DNA of 63,842 nucleotides, the filler included, from Bigelowiella natans CCMP2755 (taxonomy: Eukaryota; Protista; Cercozoa): assembly GCA_000320545.1 (NCBI GenBank). It is 3 parts of 3 records of this genome, joined end to end, with 100 filler letters (N's around TTAATTAATTAA, not from the genome) between each part and the next. Parts side by side here need not be neighbours in the genome. Positions count along the whole stretch, not along the records: positions 1 to 22,764 come from ADNK01002903.1; positions 22,865 to 35,158 come from ADNK01001970.1; 1 more part is not named here. One strand, given 5' to 3'. The translations under genes were made by a program, and so were the position numbers. Below, piece by piece: positions 18,355 through 31,214 of this stretch (positions are counted from its first letter, which is position 1; every line of letters begins with the position of its first letter). The notes under the pieces are model-generated. The model was not told the origin of the DNA. It saw nothing but the letters and a program-made list of their open reading frames with translations, and ran no database searches.

Positions 18355-19476
18355 TGTGATTGGCCAACAGATGCGCTGCCAGCTGATGCTTGTTGTTGCA
18401 CGTTGATGCAATCAATGCTCATTGAAAACAAAACACTGAAACCCTGATGACAAAAATGCATTGTGAGGAGCTTGAGCATGCATGCCAAAACAAGCTCCCA
18501 AGAGGACATTGCCGCTCGTACGCGGGTCTTTTGACTTTTGCGCGTGCGTTTCACTTTGCTTCAACTAGCTTAGTTGAACACATCACATCACGCTATTTTC
18601 AGATTGAAAAAACAACATTTTTTTCCCAACATCATTTCGCTGACTTGTGCTGCAAAAGTTCCCTTTTGCAACCCAACTTTTTCTGTGTCGCACTGGCCCA
18701 AGCGGAGCCAAAATGCCAAAACACTAACCACTTTCGCACTGGCCCAAGCGGGGCCAAAATGCCAAACTTGCTAACTTGTTTTGTCCCCCCAGCATGATCT
18801 AACACACTGCTACCAAAACCAAACTACATCACAAAAGCAAGCACACGCTTGGTGGTCATGACCGACCACACTACTCCCCTCCCCTCCCTTTTTGAAAAGA
18901 AAAATGAGGCCCTTCGTCGATCCCTTGATCCATCATTGCAAAGTGCATCCGCTACCAGTGTGATTAGCCAACAGATGCGCTGCCAGCTGATGCTTGTTGT
19001 TGCACGTCAATGCAATCAATGCTCATTGAAAACAAAACACTAAAACCCTGATGATGAAAACACATTGTGAGGAGCTTGAGCATGCATGCCAAAACAAGCT
19101 CCCAAGAGGACATTGCTGCTCGCACGCGGGTCTTTTGACTTTTGCGCGTGCGTTTCACTTTGCTTCAACTAGCTTAGTTGAACACATCACATCACGCTAT
19201 TTTCAGATTGAAAAAACAACATTTTTTTCTCAACATCATTTCGCTGACTTGTGCTGCAAAAGTTCCCTTTTGCAACCCAACTTTTTCTGTGTCGCACTGG
19301 CCCAAGCGGAGCCAAAATGCCAAAACTTACTAACTACTTTCGCACTGGCCCAAGCGGGGCCAAAATGCCAAACTTACTAACTCATTTTGTCCCCCCAGCA
19401 TGATCTAACACACTGCTACTAAAACCAAACTACATCACAAATGCAAGCACACGCTTGGTGGTCATGACCGACCACA
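18355..19476 (-). mobile_element. Complete non-coding LTR retroelement (TRIM-like): two ~517-bp LTRs, 88-bp internal region
   Basis: LTRs 18959-19476 and 18355-18870 read TG...CA on the minus strand. 5-bp TSD AATTG at 18350-18354 and 19477-19481. PBS TGGTAGCGGATG (18957-18946) lies 1 nt after the 5' LTR. PPT AAAAAGGGAGGGGAGGGGAG (18893-18874) lies just before the 3' LTR. Confidence 0.92.
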
Positions 19477-19820
19477 AATTGCAGGACACACTACGGGGAG
19501 CGCACAACGCTAATTACAGCGTGTCACTACACATTCATTGCTGTAGACCATGGAGGTGGTGGCATGAATTCATTTTTATCGGCCCATTCTAGCATTTTCA
19601 ATGAGCATGTGCATTCATGACAATCCATCGAAACATTTATTTTTGACTAAGGGGTGCAGGTGACAGCGACAATGCAACGTGGATTAGAGGCAAGTGTGAC
19701 TGTGAGCTACGACACTGTAGACACATCCGCCAAACCCTCAATCCCCCTTCCCCCCCCTCTTGAACAACACAACTGCCGCCATTCCAAATGGTCTCTTGAA
19801 AAGACGCGTGCTGAGTCGCC

Positions 19821-20389
19821 TCATCCAATGGCGACTACGACGACATTAGCATCTTGAGAAATAATCCTACTGCAGTGCTCAGAAACACGACTACTACGGA
19901 GACGATCTGCTTTTGACGAATAATAAAGACAAATACACAAACAACACACACACACACACATAAATGGTAAAAAATAAAAACACGAGCAAGACAGAACAAG
20001 CTGTAACGCGAAACGAAAAACTCTCACGATTTTCCTCCGGAACAACAGTCACTCACTATTGCATGCAAAGAATGCCATCCGCGCTCTCTCTCGTCAGAAA
20101 TCATCGTCGTATTTATGGTTATCATCAATAGATGCAGCTGGAGAAGACATTGGGCTCGAAAACTTACCATAGTTGTTGAAGGCCTATTACCCGTCGTAAT
20201 AGGTGTGCTACTTGATGTTAGTTTATTATCGTCTTGGACTTTCATTGGTGCAGAGGCTGGAGCCTCTCTTCTTTTTGCCTCCTTTCGCCGCTGCTTTTCT
20301 GATGAAAGATACGCAGAAATTAGAGACGATTGTACATAATTGACGTAAATTACACACACACACACACACACACAAACACACGCTAATCA

Positions 20390-20430
<41 letters not shown>

Positions 20431-21364
20431 GTATCAATGGTTTATATGGCGTTGTCATATATAAATTGCCGCTAATAAAGACCTATCAATCGATGCTTTT
20501 GCAGCTCTTTAGCGCACTTGATGTCCTCCACGTGGAACAAGGGCGACGAACCCGCAGCCCCTTCGCATTCCTCCCACAAACGAATGGTGTCTAGATTGTA
20601 GTGTTGTAGTGTTGCTTCGCTTCATCGCATAAGCATCGCTTAAGCACACATATGAAAACACACACACACATACACAAACACACACACACACACACATACA
20701 TACACACACGCACGCCCCCCCCCCCCCCCTCCCCCCCCGCGCGCCTCTTGTAGTAAAAGCGTGACATGCATCGAAACACACACACACATACCTCCTACTC
20801 CGTCAAGAACAACTTCACGTATCCGCTCGAAACAATCGTCTTTACTCTCATCAGTGCCTAATATCAATATAACCGCATTGTGCATCACGTGTATGCATTG
20901 TAACCCCCCCCTCTTCGAGGGGGGAGGGGCGAGGGACTGGCTCGCCGCGAATATGTGCCATATCGTAATCTTTCTGTGTTGAAGATTTTCCAACGAAACA
21001 TAGCCTATTGGCCTCGGTTTACCGATGTACTCTGAGAAGTAATACGGAGGGGAGCTTGTCCCAAAGAAGACGCGGCGAGGAAACGCGTGGGTCAACACCT
21101 GCAAATAAAGCCGGGAGACTGACAACGATGAAAGCGCCCCGAAAAACCCCACCACGTGTGTTTTGGGTAGTGTGCACGGTGAGAGGCTTTTAGATGTTTC
21201 CAGATCTTTGTCGCAATGGCAAAGATGTACATCAAATGCGGCCGAGTTCATCTTTGTGAGAGGCATTTTTGGGGACTTCTGTCGTATTCTAATTCCTCTT
21301 TGCATTTTTTAATTTTTCTTTGAATACTCTTCTTATGATGAGTTTTGACGGTTATCAGCACACC

Positions 21365-21403
<39 letters not shown>

Positions 21404-21743
21404 AAGATACATATACAAATATGTAGCGTTTGCTTTGTAACGGCTGCTGGCCATATCACTTCGTACATAGCAAGAACCTGAATTAGTACCTCGAAATCAT
21501 CTGATCTTGGAAACACTGAACCGGGATCTGTCGTTTGAGAAGGGAAAAGAGCGTTATGACTCTTGTATCATCAGGCTTGTTCTCCAACGAATGAATAGCG
21601 CGCACTATAGGCATACAGCACATTACGTTTAGCGTCGTCATCGTCGTTTTCGAGCTCCTCCTGCACGATTTGCAGCCTTTGGCGAAATCGCGAAAATTAA
21701 ATTTCAATGGCAGTTGATTCTGTGGAGAGCACGTTATTCTCTT

Positions 21744-21794
<51 letters not shown>

Positions 21795-21888
21795 ATCTCC
21801 TACCCTCGCCGTCTCCCCCTCTCCCTTTTCCCAGCACAAACATACGAAGGTCATTATATGACACGGAAAAGGGGGGGAAGGAAAGGGC

Positions 21889-21936
<48 letters not shown>

Positions 21937-22367
21937 CACACCAAGTGGTGATAACATACGCATAAGCACAACTATCTCCAAACTTCTTTAAATATATAAA
22001 AAGAAACATAATATATATATATATATATATATATAATATACGTAAACATTTACTAATTTATGTACCGCGCGTTTAATGACGAAGAGACGTCTGATATGAG
22101 GCATTGAATTGCTTCTCTGATTGTGCTCTTCGCGAACACCAATGCTCTCGCCTCGACTTGTGCATCATGAGTATGCGGTTTGTTTTATATCCTTGGTGAG
22201 AAAGATCTGCTATGCTCGCGCAGTGTGCATGTGTGTATGTGTGTATGTGTGTATGTGTGTGTGTGTGTGTTTGTGGGAGAGTACCGAGCCCTGAGCAAGC
22301 TGCTGTTACGAATTTTCCATTTTTTGATTCTGCTTGTTCGCAAAGGCAGCACACGCATACACTATTA

Positions 22368-22432
<65 letters not shown>

Positions 22433-22690
22433 TTATACATGCGAGTATCTTATGTTCTCAATATATACATGATATGGTATTTAGCTATTGCGGTCTGACC
22501 CTGAGGTGAAGGGTGAGTCTCCTTGTGACGCATCAGTTTGATGAACTCGACGCGATTCTGCACTTGGAAATCCTCATCTGCGCTGTAATCTTTCCTCCTT
22601 GTTCTCTTCGTCCTTTTCTTGCTCTTATTTCTCTTCTTCCGCCCCCCCCCATTCGAGTCGTGCAGGCGCTGAGGATGCCCTAGAAGCACC
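19821..22690 (-). CDS. Unidentified multi-exon gene, 5' end lost in assembly gap
   Basis: Coding-like blocks lie between microsatellite introns (VLLGHPQRL...VEFIKLMRH; QNQLPLKFNFRDF...; IGYVSLENLQHRKITIWHIF...CFERIREVVLDG; SSLISAYLSSEKQRRK). No domain recognised, and the ends are approximate. Confidence 0.4.
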
Positions 22691-22764
22691 TGATATCATT
22701 GGGGAGCGTTATGTTGGAGTGTGGGGTGAGAGGTATAGAGACGGTCGGAGAGGGGGGGGGGGGA

Positions 22765-22864
22765 NNNNNNNNNNNNNNNNNNNNNNNNNNNNNNNNNNNN
22801 NNNNNNNNTTAATTAATTAANNNNNNNNNNNNNNNNNNNNNNNNNNNNNNNNNNNNNNNNNNNN
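22765..22864. other. Assembly gap with artificial TTAATTAATTAA linker
   Basis: N44-TTAATTAATTAA-N44, 100 bp total, with stops in all six frames. Confidence 0.95.
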
Positions 22865-22906
22865 ACAGAGAGAGAGAGACAGAGAGAGAGAGAAGGAGAT
22901 ATATAC

Positions 22907-22940
<34 letters not shown>

Positions 22941-23043
22941 TCCGACATCGAGATACACCATTATTGTCACCACTCCACATCCATAATCACCTTCTCCTAT
23001 ATCCCCCCTCCTCCCCCCCATTCCCCCTCTCCCCCTCTTCAAG

Positions 23044-23414
23044 ATGTACGCGCCAGTCCCCGGACTGCCGCAAGTTTCATTATGGAAGACAGAAGTACAT
23101 CGTCTACGTTGGCGACAACGAAATCGCACCAGCTGTTGTTTGGACTCATGCGATTTGGAGGGATTACAACCTAGCCGATAAGGGTTAGCTACTTCCTTCT
23201 TTGCGTGCGTGCTGTGCTTTCTTCCATCATTTCACTATCAGGCATCCGTGTATCTACTTTCCACAGTTTTTATTTTGAAATAAGCATATCGCGCTCTTTT
23301 GCGGTGCTGGTGTTGTTGTTGTTCTTCTTCTTCTTCGTCTTAGTCTTCTTCTTCTCCCTCGGTCAACCTTCCTCATCCATTATTTGTCACGATCATCATT
23401 ATCATCACTATATA

Positions 23415-23448
<34 letters not shown>

Positions 23449-23960
23449 CTATTCCGCCCCCCCCCCCCCTTTCTCCCCGGTAGGAATGGCGATTCTCGGC
23501 GATGACGTTGTGCACGTGAGGCACTACCAGGGCCATTGGTACGCGAATGATCAGCAGAAGCTGAAACAAGTGGAGGAGATTGCAAGCCCCCTGCCATCGC
23601 AGCTGCTCGGCCTCGTAAGAAAAAGAATTCAGGCCAACCCGCCCATCAAGCAACAGTACTAATTGATATACCGCACCCCCCCCCCCCCCGATGGTGATGA
23701 TGATGATGTTGATGATGATGATGATATAGGTACGACCGGTACCACACAACTGGCCTCGATTGGATCACTCCTGTCAATCGCCCGACTGCATATCACCACC
23801 TGATCGCAGAAACCGAGCAAAGAAAGCAGCAGCAGCTTGGAGAGGACAACGGTAGAGGAGAAGGGCCCAGCAGCAGCAGCAGCAGCAGCAGCAGCACGAA
23901 GAGAGAACTGAAGAGGTACGTACGCCTTAAAAACGCGCACATCTACAAAACGCCTTTTGC

Positions 23961-24003
<43 letters not shown>

Positions 24004-24220
24004 GATCTTCTTCTTCTTCTTCCTCCTCCTCCCTCTCCTCTTCCTACTACTACTACTACGGGGTGGGCAGGTACCGCTGCAGCGCGAAGGAGGCGACGGA
24101 GCAGGAAGAAAGAATTCGCAAACGGTTCCGAGAATGGTGGAGTCACAGCGCGTGCCCCGATCAGGTCGCGGAACGGCCAACGATAGTAGTAGTAGTAGGT
24201 GGAGGAGGAGGAGGAGGAGT

Positions 24221-24252
<32 letters not shown>

Positions 24253-24701
24253 ACACTGTTAGCAGCAGCGAAAGCACGAGATGGCGTGTTTGAGAGCCTC
24301 GTGATGACGACAAAGTCGACGACCTTATAATAGCCCAACTCTCGGGGTTTTGGTGGTTGTAAGTCTCGGCACCGGAGTAATGGAGTTGCCCATCGAAGCC
24401 ACCGCCCTCCGCCATCGCCGCCATATTGCATGTTTTCGGGTTGTTTTTTCCTCCCCAACGCATAGCCGAGCGCGAGGAGAATCGCGGGTGTATATTCATT
24501 GCATCCCCACGACGAATGTCCTGCCTGTGTACACGCATCTTAGGTGTGGATGGAGGAGTTTCCCCGTCTGATGCGACAACAGCAACAGCTCGAGGAGGAG
24601 GAGGAAGGGGGAGGAGGGGGAGGCGGAGGCGAGCAGAAGCCGCTAATCGTGCTTGATATCGGTTGTAACAAAGGATATACTTCAGGTGGGCAATACACAG
24701 G

Positions 24702-24751
<50 letters not shown>

Positions 24752-25832
24752 GAGGGGAAGGGAGACGAAGGAAATTTTAGCGTGTAGACCCCAGCAGGAA
24801 CGTAGAAGCTGAACATGGGGGGCGGTGCTGCTTCGATGTCCCAGATTGCTCGTACATCATCAATAATTCGCGTCGTCGTTGTGCTCTTTCTCTGTCTTTG
24901 CCCGTGCCGTTTGTGTGTTGTTGCTCTTGGCACTACTACTACTACTCCTACTACTACCACTACTACTACTACTACTACTACGACAAACTGCTACGACAAC
25001 TACTACAAGCTGACTTCTTCGATATGGTGTGCCCTGCGGGAGGGGCCAATGCAAAGACGCTGCACAATGCCATCAACGCAGTCGCTCGTGACCACAAGAC
25101 GAAGTACAAGCGCGCTTGTGGTAAGAAGAAAATGGGCAGAAGGGGAAGGGGGAGGAGGAGGAGGAGGAGAAATAAGAGGAAGAAGAAGAAGATATGCTGA
25201 AAATACATTGCGATGGATCTTGGCAAAACCAGTGATAATGATAGTGATAAGAGTGATGATAATGATGATGATAATGTACGCACTTTTAAATATATGATTC
25301 CTCACCCCCCCCCCCTGATACTCACCGCTCTTTCTCTGCGTATCAGGGGCATGTGGGGACTGCACACGGGAACTTAACAAGAATACCCACGTCAAAAATC
25401 CAATCGACGTGCGACCTCCACCTTCCTCCCCCCTTTTTCTGCTTCATGTGTGCGCCTTTTGTCAAATCAGCAGCTCTTTCTCTCCCTCTCTCTCTCTCTC
25501 CCTCTCTCTCTCTCTTTCTCTCGTGCTACAATTCTTTATTTGATATCATATGCTGTTATGTCCTCAAGTACCACACACACACACACACACACATGCATGC
25601 ATGCATGCATCGGTGTACACGCGCATGCTTGCTTTAATCCCCCCCCCTCTACACAATCGGTAACGACGGCGCTCATGCTAATGCCACTGACGCTGCTACC
25701 TGCCGCTTTTTAACAAGGTACACTGCTTTGAGCCCTCACCAGCCACGTACCAAATGCTGCTCGATGTAAAGGAGAAGCTCGATATCGGGGCAAAGTCGGA
25801 CGAGAGAGCGAAATGGTTCATTCACAACAAGG

Positions 25833-25869
<37 letters not shown>

Positions 25870-25987
25870 ACTTTTGAGGCGGCTGGGGAGTGTAGCAGTC
25901 GTGCATCCGATGATGTTGGATTGTTTGATTTTGAGCATGCATTCATATGAAAACAATGCATGGATGGTAATTACACACACACACACA

Positions 25988-26018
<31 letters not shown>

Positions 26019-26080
26019 GATGTGTGCCCAAGGGGGTGGGGGTGCGATATGATGTGATTGATGTGCCATTGACGCGGAGA

Positions 26081-26114
<34 letters not shown>

Positions 26115-26790
26115 GGGTTGAAGAAGCACATAGCCGCTTCCAAATTCTATGCATCATGAACATCATATCCGCATCATCCACAGGGCCTCCACAACGCATC
26201 TGGAATCCTAGCATGGCACCGCGCTTGTCAAGACTCCGTTGGTCAGAAGAGCAAGCCTCGATGATGATTGATGCTATTTCACCTTTCAATCACTAGAATA
26301 ATATATATATATATATATATATATTTATATCTTCTCCCCCAATTAATTAACAATGGCCGCCAAAAATCAGGTGACGAACTTTGTACTATCGTCCCAGAAT
26401 CAACTCCAGATGCGATTAAGGTGGGAGGGGGGAGGGGAGGGGGTAGGGCGGAGGAAGGTGGGCTCGCATTGTCAGCTTGTCGAGCGCGCGAAACGGAAGA
26501 ACACAACAACGACGATGGTGGAGACCAAACAACAGGAAGTTCCTCCCCATCAACTTGCAGACATGAGAGCATAAACCTTCGATCTATTAGCGCCTTAGCT
26601 TGTTGCGCCGCCGCCGCTGCTGCTGCTGCTACTTCCATCTAGGTCGAGGTGACTACAGTAGATGAGTTTGCAAAGGCGTCCCTCGCAGCTGGCCAGACCA
26701 TTCATATGCTCAAGGTAGAGCGCGCCGTCACCGCAGCTGAGAGTATCTGTTTTTCCCACCCAGAATATGATGAGAGGGGGGCCTCACTTC

Positions 26791-26823
<33 letters not shown>

Positions 26824-27024
26824 AAGAAAAGGCAAGGAGTTGTCCTGGTGCAAATGCCGATCGAAAGTTTCCTGGGCATGCCGCCGCAGAGGCAAAAGCA
26901 AAACCATCTTCTATGGCTGCGCTCGAAATGGAGACCCCGCGCGGGCTCGATTGACAACAACTGCTTCGAGCTCCGATTCTGATTGCCTTTGTTGTTGGGA
27001 CTGTTCCTTGCGTGTTGCTTGTCG

Positions 27025-27057
<33 letters not shown>

Positions 27058-27453
27058 CTTCTTGCGCTACGTGTTCAGGTCGATGCAGAAGGCCTAGATC
27101 CTGCGGTATTCTCTAAAAGACTAATCGTAGTGATGGGGAAGCCGTAAAAGGAAGGAAATTGACCTGTGCTGTTAGCAAGATCTTAAAATCAGCCGCACTC
27201 ACGACGGGGATAAATGCACACACCCTCCTCCCCCTCCTTTTTTTTGCTAACTGTTTCTTCCTCTATTTTTCTTGCAATGTGGCCGTGATCGGATGCTCTC
27301 CCCCCCCTCTCGTTGCTCCTAGGTTCTCCGAGGCGCTACAGAAACCCTGCGGGAACATCGGGCAGTATACGTCATGTTTGAGGTAGTAATGGTAGCTAGG
27401 AGAGCAGTGCCGCGGAAGATGTAAGATGAGGCTCTCTCCCTCTCTCTCTTCTC

Positions 27454-27504
<51 letters not shown>

Positions 27505-28084
27505 CCTCCCTCTCCCCTGTCTTTCTAGCATGCTTGTGCTAGTAGTCCTTGTTCTTCTGCTTCTTCTTCTGCTTCTTCTTCTTCTTTCAACGCTGCGCTG
27601 ATCGCCGTCATCGTCATCGTCGTCATCGTGGTCGTGTAAATGATGATGATGTCAGTTCAACCCTGGGCTGAGGGACAAGAAGCCTCCCTATGGGATGTGG
27701 GGCGTGGCAAAGGTACACGACTACTGCGTACATGAGGATGATGATGATGATGATGATGATGATGCGAATGGTCATATAGAGGATGATTTATCGATGACGG
27801 TTCGCGGTGCTTGTGTCGCTCTGCGAATGTTCCTTGACTTCTCTCAAGCATGAACGTTTGCCCATCAATGCCTCTGACCGAGATCGTCATCTTCGCAAAC
27901 CCCGCTTCTCCCATCATCAACCCCCCTTTCTTCTTTAGTCTGCATGCTGCAGCCATTGTACATATTCCATCGGAGATGATTTCACCTCATTTCTTCATTA
28001 AATGTGTCGTCCTCGTCGTCAGGGACTCACCAAGCTGTTGGAAGTGACGGATTGGTTGGACAAGCTCTCGTAAGTGCTAGAATA

Positions 28085-28130
<46 letters not shown>

Positions 28131-28762
28131 CACTATCAAAGAGGAGGTCATTCGTGAAGCCGCGAATTTATGAAGAATGGGAGGATACGATGGCTTAGAC
28201 GCGCAGCACGGCAGCAAATTTGCGGTGTTCTTGACTTTAAGGCGCCCTTGTTGTGCTGGAACCGTATAGGCTGTGATTGGTCATTCAAAAGAGAGATTCA
28301 GTATACTCTCATCCCCCCCCCCCGCCCCCCTCTCTCTCCCTCCTTCAAGATTCCTTACTCTCTCGCTCGCTGTTTTCAACGCCGTTTCACCGTAGGTACG
28401 ATTGCTACCTGGACTCTAGGGTGGACGATGGGAAGAAGAAGGTGGACGCACCAGCGCTCTATCGTATAAATGGCGGTTGCGTGCGGCGCGACCCGAAGAT
28501 CTTAGGTCGGTGACCACTAGTTCTTGTGGTTATTGAAGGAAGGGGGCGGCTCACACTGCGAAGAGAGATGGAATGAGCTAGGCTGCTTCGACTCTGGCGT
28601 TGTTGCGTGCTTTTGATGTTCACGATTATATTCGCCTTCTTTTTTTGGTTTTGGCTGTCAGGCTGGTCAAACGTCGTGTGTGCATCGAGGGCGTTCCCCG
28701 AGGCCGCACAGGCTCTCTTCGACCTGTCCAAATTAGTTGGCAGAACCGGCGTGTGGGAGTAG
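23044..28762 (+). CDS. Multi-exon protein: glycosyltransferase-like (GT92/DUF23-type) C-terminal part fused to an FkbM-family SAM-dependent methyltransferase; 5' end in gap
   Basis: Early exons give GRQKYIV...VWTHAI...HVRHYQGHWY. FkbM motifs follow in order across exons: IVLDIGCNKG, VHCFEPSPATY, VTTVDEF, IHMLK|VDAEGLD, VLRGATETL...VMFE|FN, GYDCY, WSNVVC...VWE* (stop 28760-28762). Confidence 0.7.
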
Positions 28763-28823
28763 TAGAAGTAGTAGCCATAGGCCTCAAGTCGGATAGAAGC
28801 TGTCTGTACATCTAGCTATATTA

Positions 28824-28887
<64 letters not shown>

Positions 28888-29618
28888 AGGAGGGCGATGT
28901 GGTAGTAACAAATAGCTAGGCCACGACAGGGTTTGCTTCTTGCCTCAATATCATTGTGCACTCGTGTGCACATTATTTTTAGTCGCATATCGTGTCGCTA
29001 TATATATGTATATTTTTCTATTATCGGAGGCCAGAATGCATGCATGCACTCCATTGCCCTAACATTGAGCAGGTGTCACGCGAAGCATGATGATGTCCAT
29101 GGATGGCTCTATATCTTGCAAATATTCGCTCCAGTCTGTGCGTTGTGGGAAGGGTGCTTTCGGTAGTAATGATTAGCGCTTGTGCATTGAGCAGCCTAGG
29201 GGCGGGTGTATGTAGTAGGTAGACGATGTAGCAATCATCATGTTGTTATCACTGGAATTGTTCCAACATTCAATTGATGATGATGTTGACTCGGAGATGC
29301 ATGGTGCATATAATAACTGTGACTATTGTTGTGCATTGCATCGCATAACTATACATGTGCTATGTGTGGGCATGCAATTATACAATGTGTGCAAGGTAGC
29401 GATAGATGCATGAATTTGAAGCTTATTGCCATACCTTGCACATATGTTCGCTGAATGATAATGCACATATGACAATTTTTGTAGTAGCAGCAGCAGCTAT
29501 AGCGTAGCAGCTCTTTACTCACATAAGAAAAAACCATCCCCACATGTTCGTCAAGATGAAGCTATAGCGCATGTGGAATCAAGGCCGCCTTTATTCAGTA
29601 ATGCCTCTGCTGTGCCGA

Positions 29619-31178
29619 CTAACTGAAGTTCTTATTATTGAAGTTAATTACAGCGCTGTGCGTTTCTGTTCTATATCGCCCGCTGTGCGTTTCTGTTCTA
29701 TATCGCCCGACGATCATATCCGGCATAATATGCTTAAATGCTGACCTCTCTAACGGTCTTTGTTAGCACTGATGCACGCATCCAGCACGCGCATCAGGTC
29801 ACCAGATGGGGATTCGTGTTTGTAGGCTCTGCAACATAGGAAGAATTGCTTTTTGGTGACCTGAGAAGAAGAAGAAAGGGAGAGAGACTTGTGAAACAAA
29901 CAAACGAGAATAGCAGCTGAGAGATAACAAGTTCGCTCCCCACCCTACGAACCTAAGTTCGCTCCCCCCCACCCTACGAACCTCACTTCCTTCGAGGCCG
30001 ATCTCATCTAGGAGGATCTGCAGGGGTCTCTGCATGGATGACTTCAGCTCCTCGCTCTGCAGGAAGCAATTCACCACGTCACTCAATGATGGTATGGCGA
30101 CGGCTCAAGGCAGGATGATGGTGATGATGATGATGATGATGATGAGGAGGAGGAGGAGGAGGAGGAGAGCTCAATGCGTGCGGCAGCGGCAACTCACCGT
30201 TACGCAGCCGTCCCCATTTGCGTCCAATAACAAGAACACTTTCGCGGCCTGATGTTCAAAAACAAACGTCGCAGCAGTGCGGTGCGTAAAGCATAAGATG
30301 ATGGTCGTAGTTGTGTGCGGTTTGTGCTACTATCTATCCGAAACGGAGGTCAGGAGCGGGAGGGGGGGGGAGCGCAGTGCCAAATGAAATGTAGGATGCT
30401 AACCTTATTCTTCTCCCTCGGCGAGAGGCGTGTGAATAAATTATTCAAGAAGGCAGGGAAGTTGGACTTATTTTTGTTCTTTATGTGTGTGAAGATGGTG
30501 AGCCACTCGCTCACATCGACCCTCCCGTCGCTATTCGTGTCGCCCATCGAATCCTGCCGTATCAGAACACCGACGACATTGCTTAACTATGAGATGTACG
30601 ACGGGAACAAAGCAAAATGCCAAACGGAGCCTTCTCTCCATATTCTCGGCCTCTGCGACATCGCTTTTCGCTGACAAATCTCGGGGGGAGACATTTTTGA
30701 GACACGCGCAACAGCGCAAAGGCATGGTAGCATGGTAGCTGTTTTGGCGATTTCCCCTTGCATTTCCTCCCCTCTCGCTGTTGCTACTTACGAATTCTTC
30801 GATGAGCAAGTCCATTTCCTTGGTGTGTCTGCCTCGATGTTCCTGACACAGTGTGCTTTTCACTTCCTCTGGAAGTATCACCCTGTACATATTTATAGGA
30901 ATAATGTAAAAATGATGAAATATATATATATAAACTATTTCTCGGACCGCATTTTGAAGGGTATCATCTATGTAAGAATCACCACTTCTAATATCGACTG
31001 TCACACTAGCCCCCCCCCCCTCCCCCCCGAAAGACCGCCATTTTAACAACATTGGATCAACCCATTCTTATTCCGATCAACGAACGCGAATATCTCTAAG
31101 ATAGTCTCAGCTTCGTCCGTCGTAAAGTTCTTCATTGCATTCTCCGACTTGATCTCCTGCACAACAGGGTGGTAGTAG

Positions 31179-31214
<36 letters not shown>

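Noticed and set aside
18306-19380. Duplicated ORFs (82/64 aa and 116/109 aa) as paralogous genes
   Set aside because: They lie within the two LTRs. Long open frames are expected where TAA/TAG stops have been mutated away.
16561-19476. CpG deamination or classical RIP as the explanation for TG/CA excess
   Set aside because: CpG remains common and TA is depleted rather than enriched. Only one LTR difference is CG vs TG. CpG decay may still contribute at the four TG/CA sites.
22765-22864. TTAATTAATTAA palindrome inside N runs (also 35159-35258)
   Set aside because: It is an identical artificial contig linker. Adjacency across the gaps is not trusted and was excluded from the strand-alternation count.
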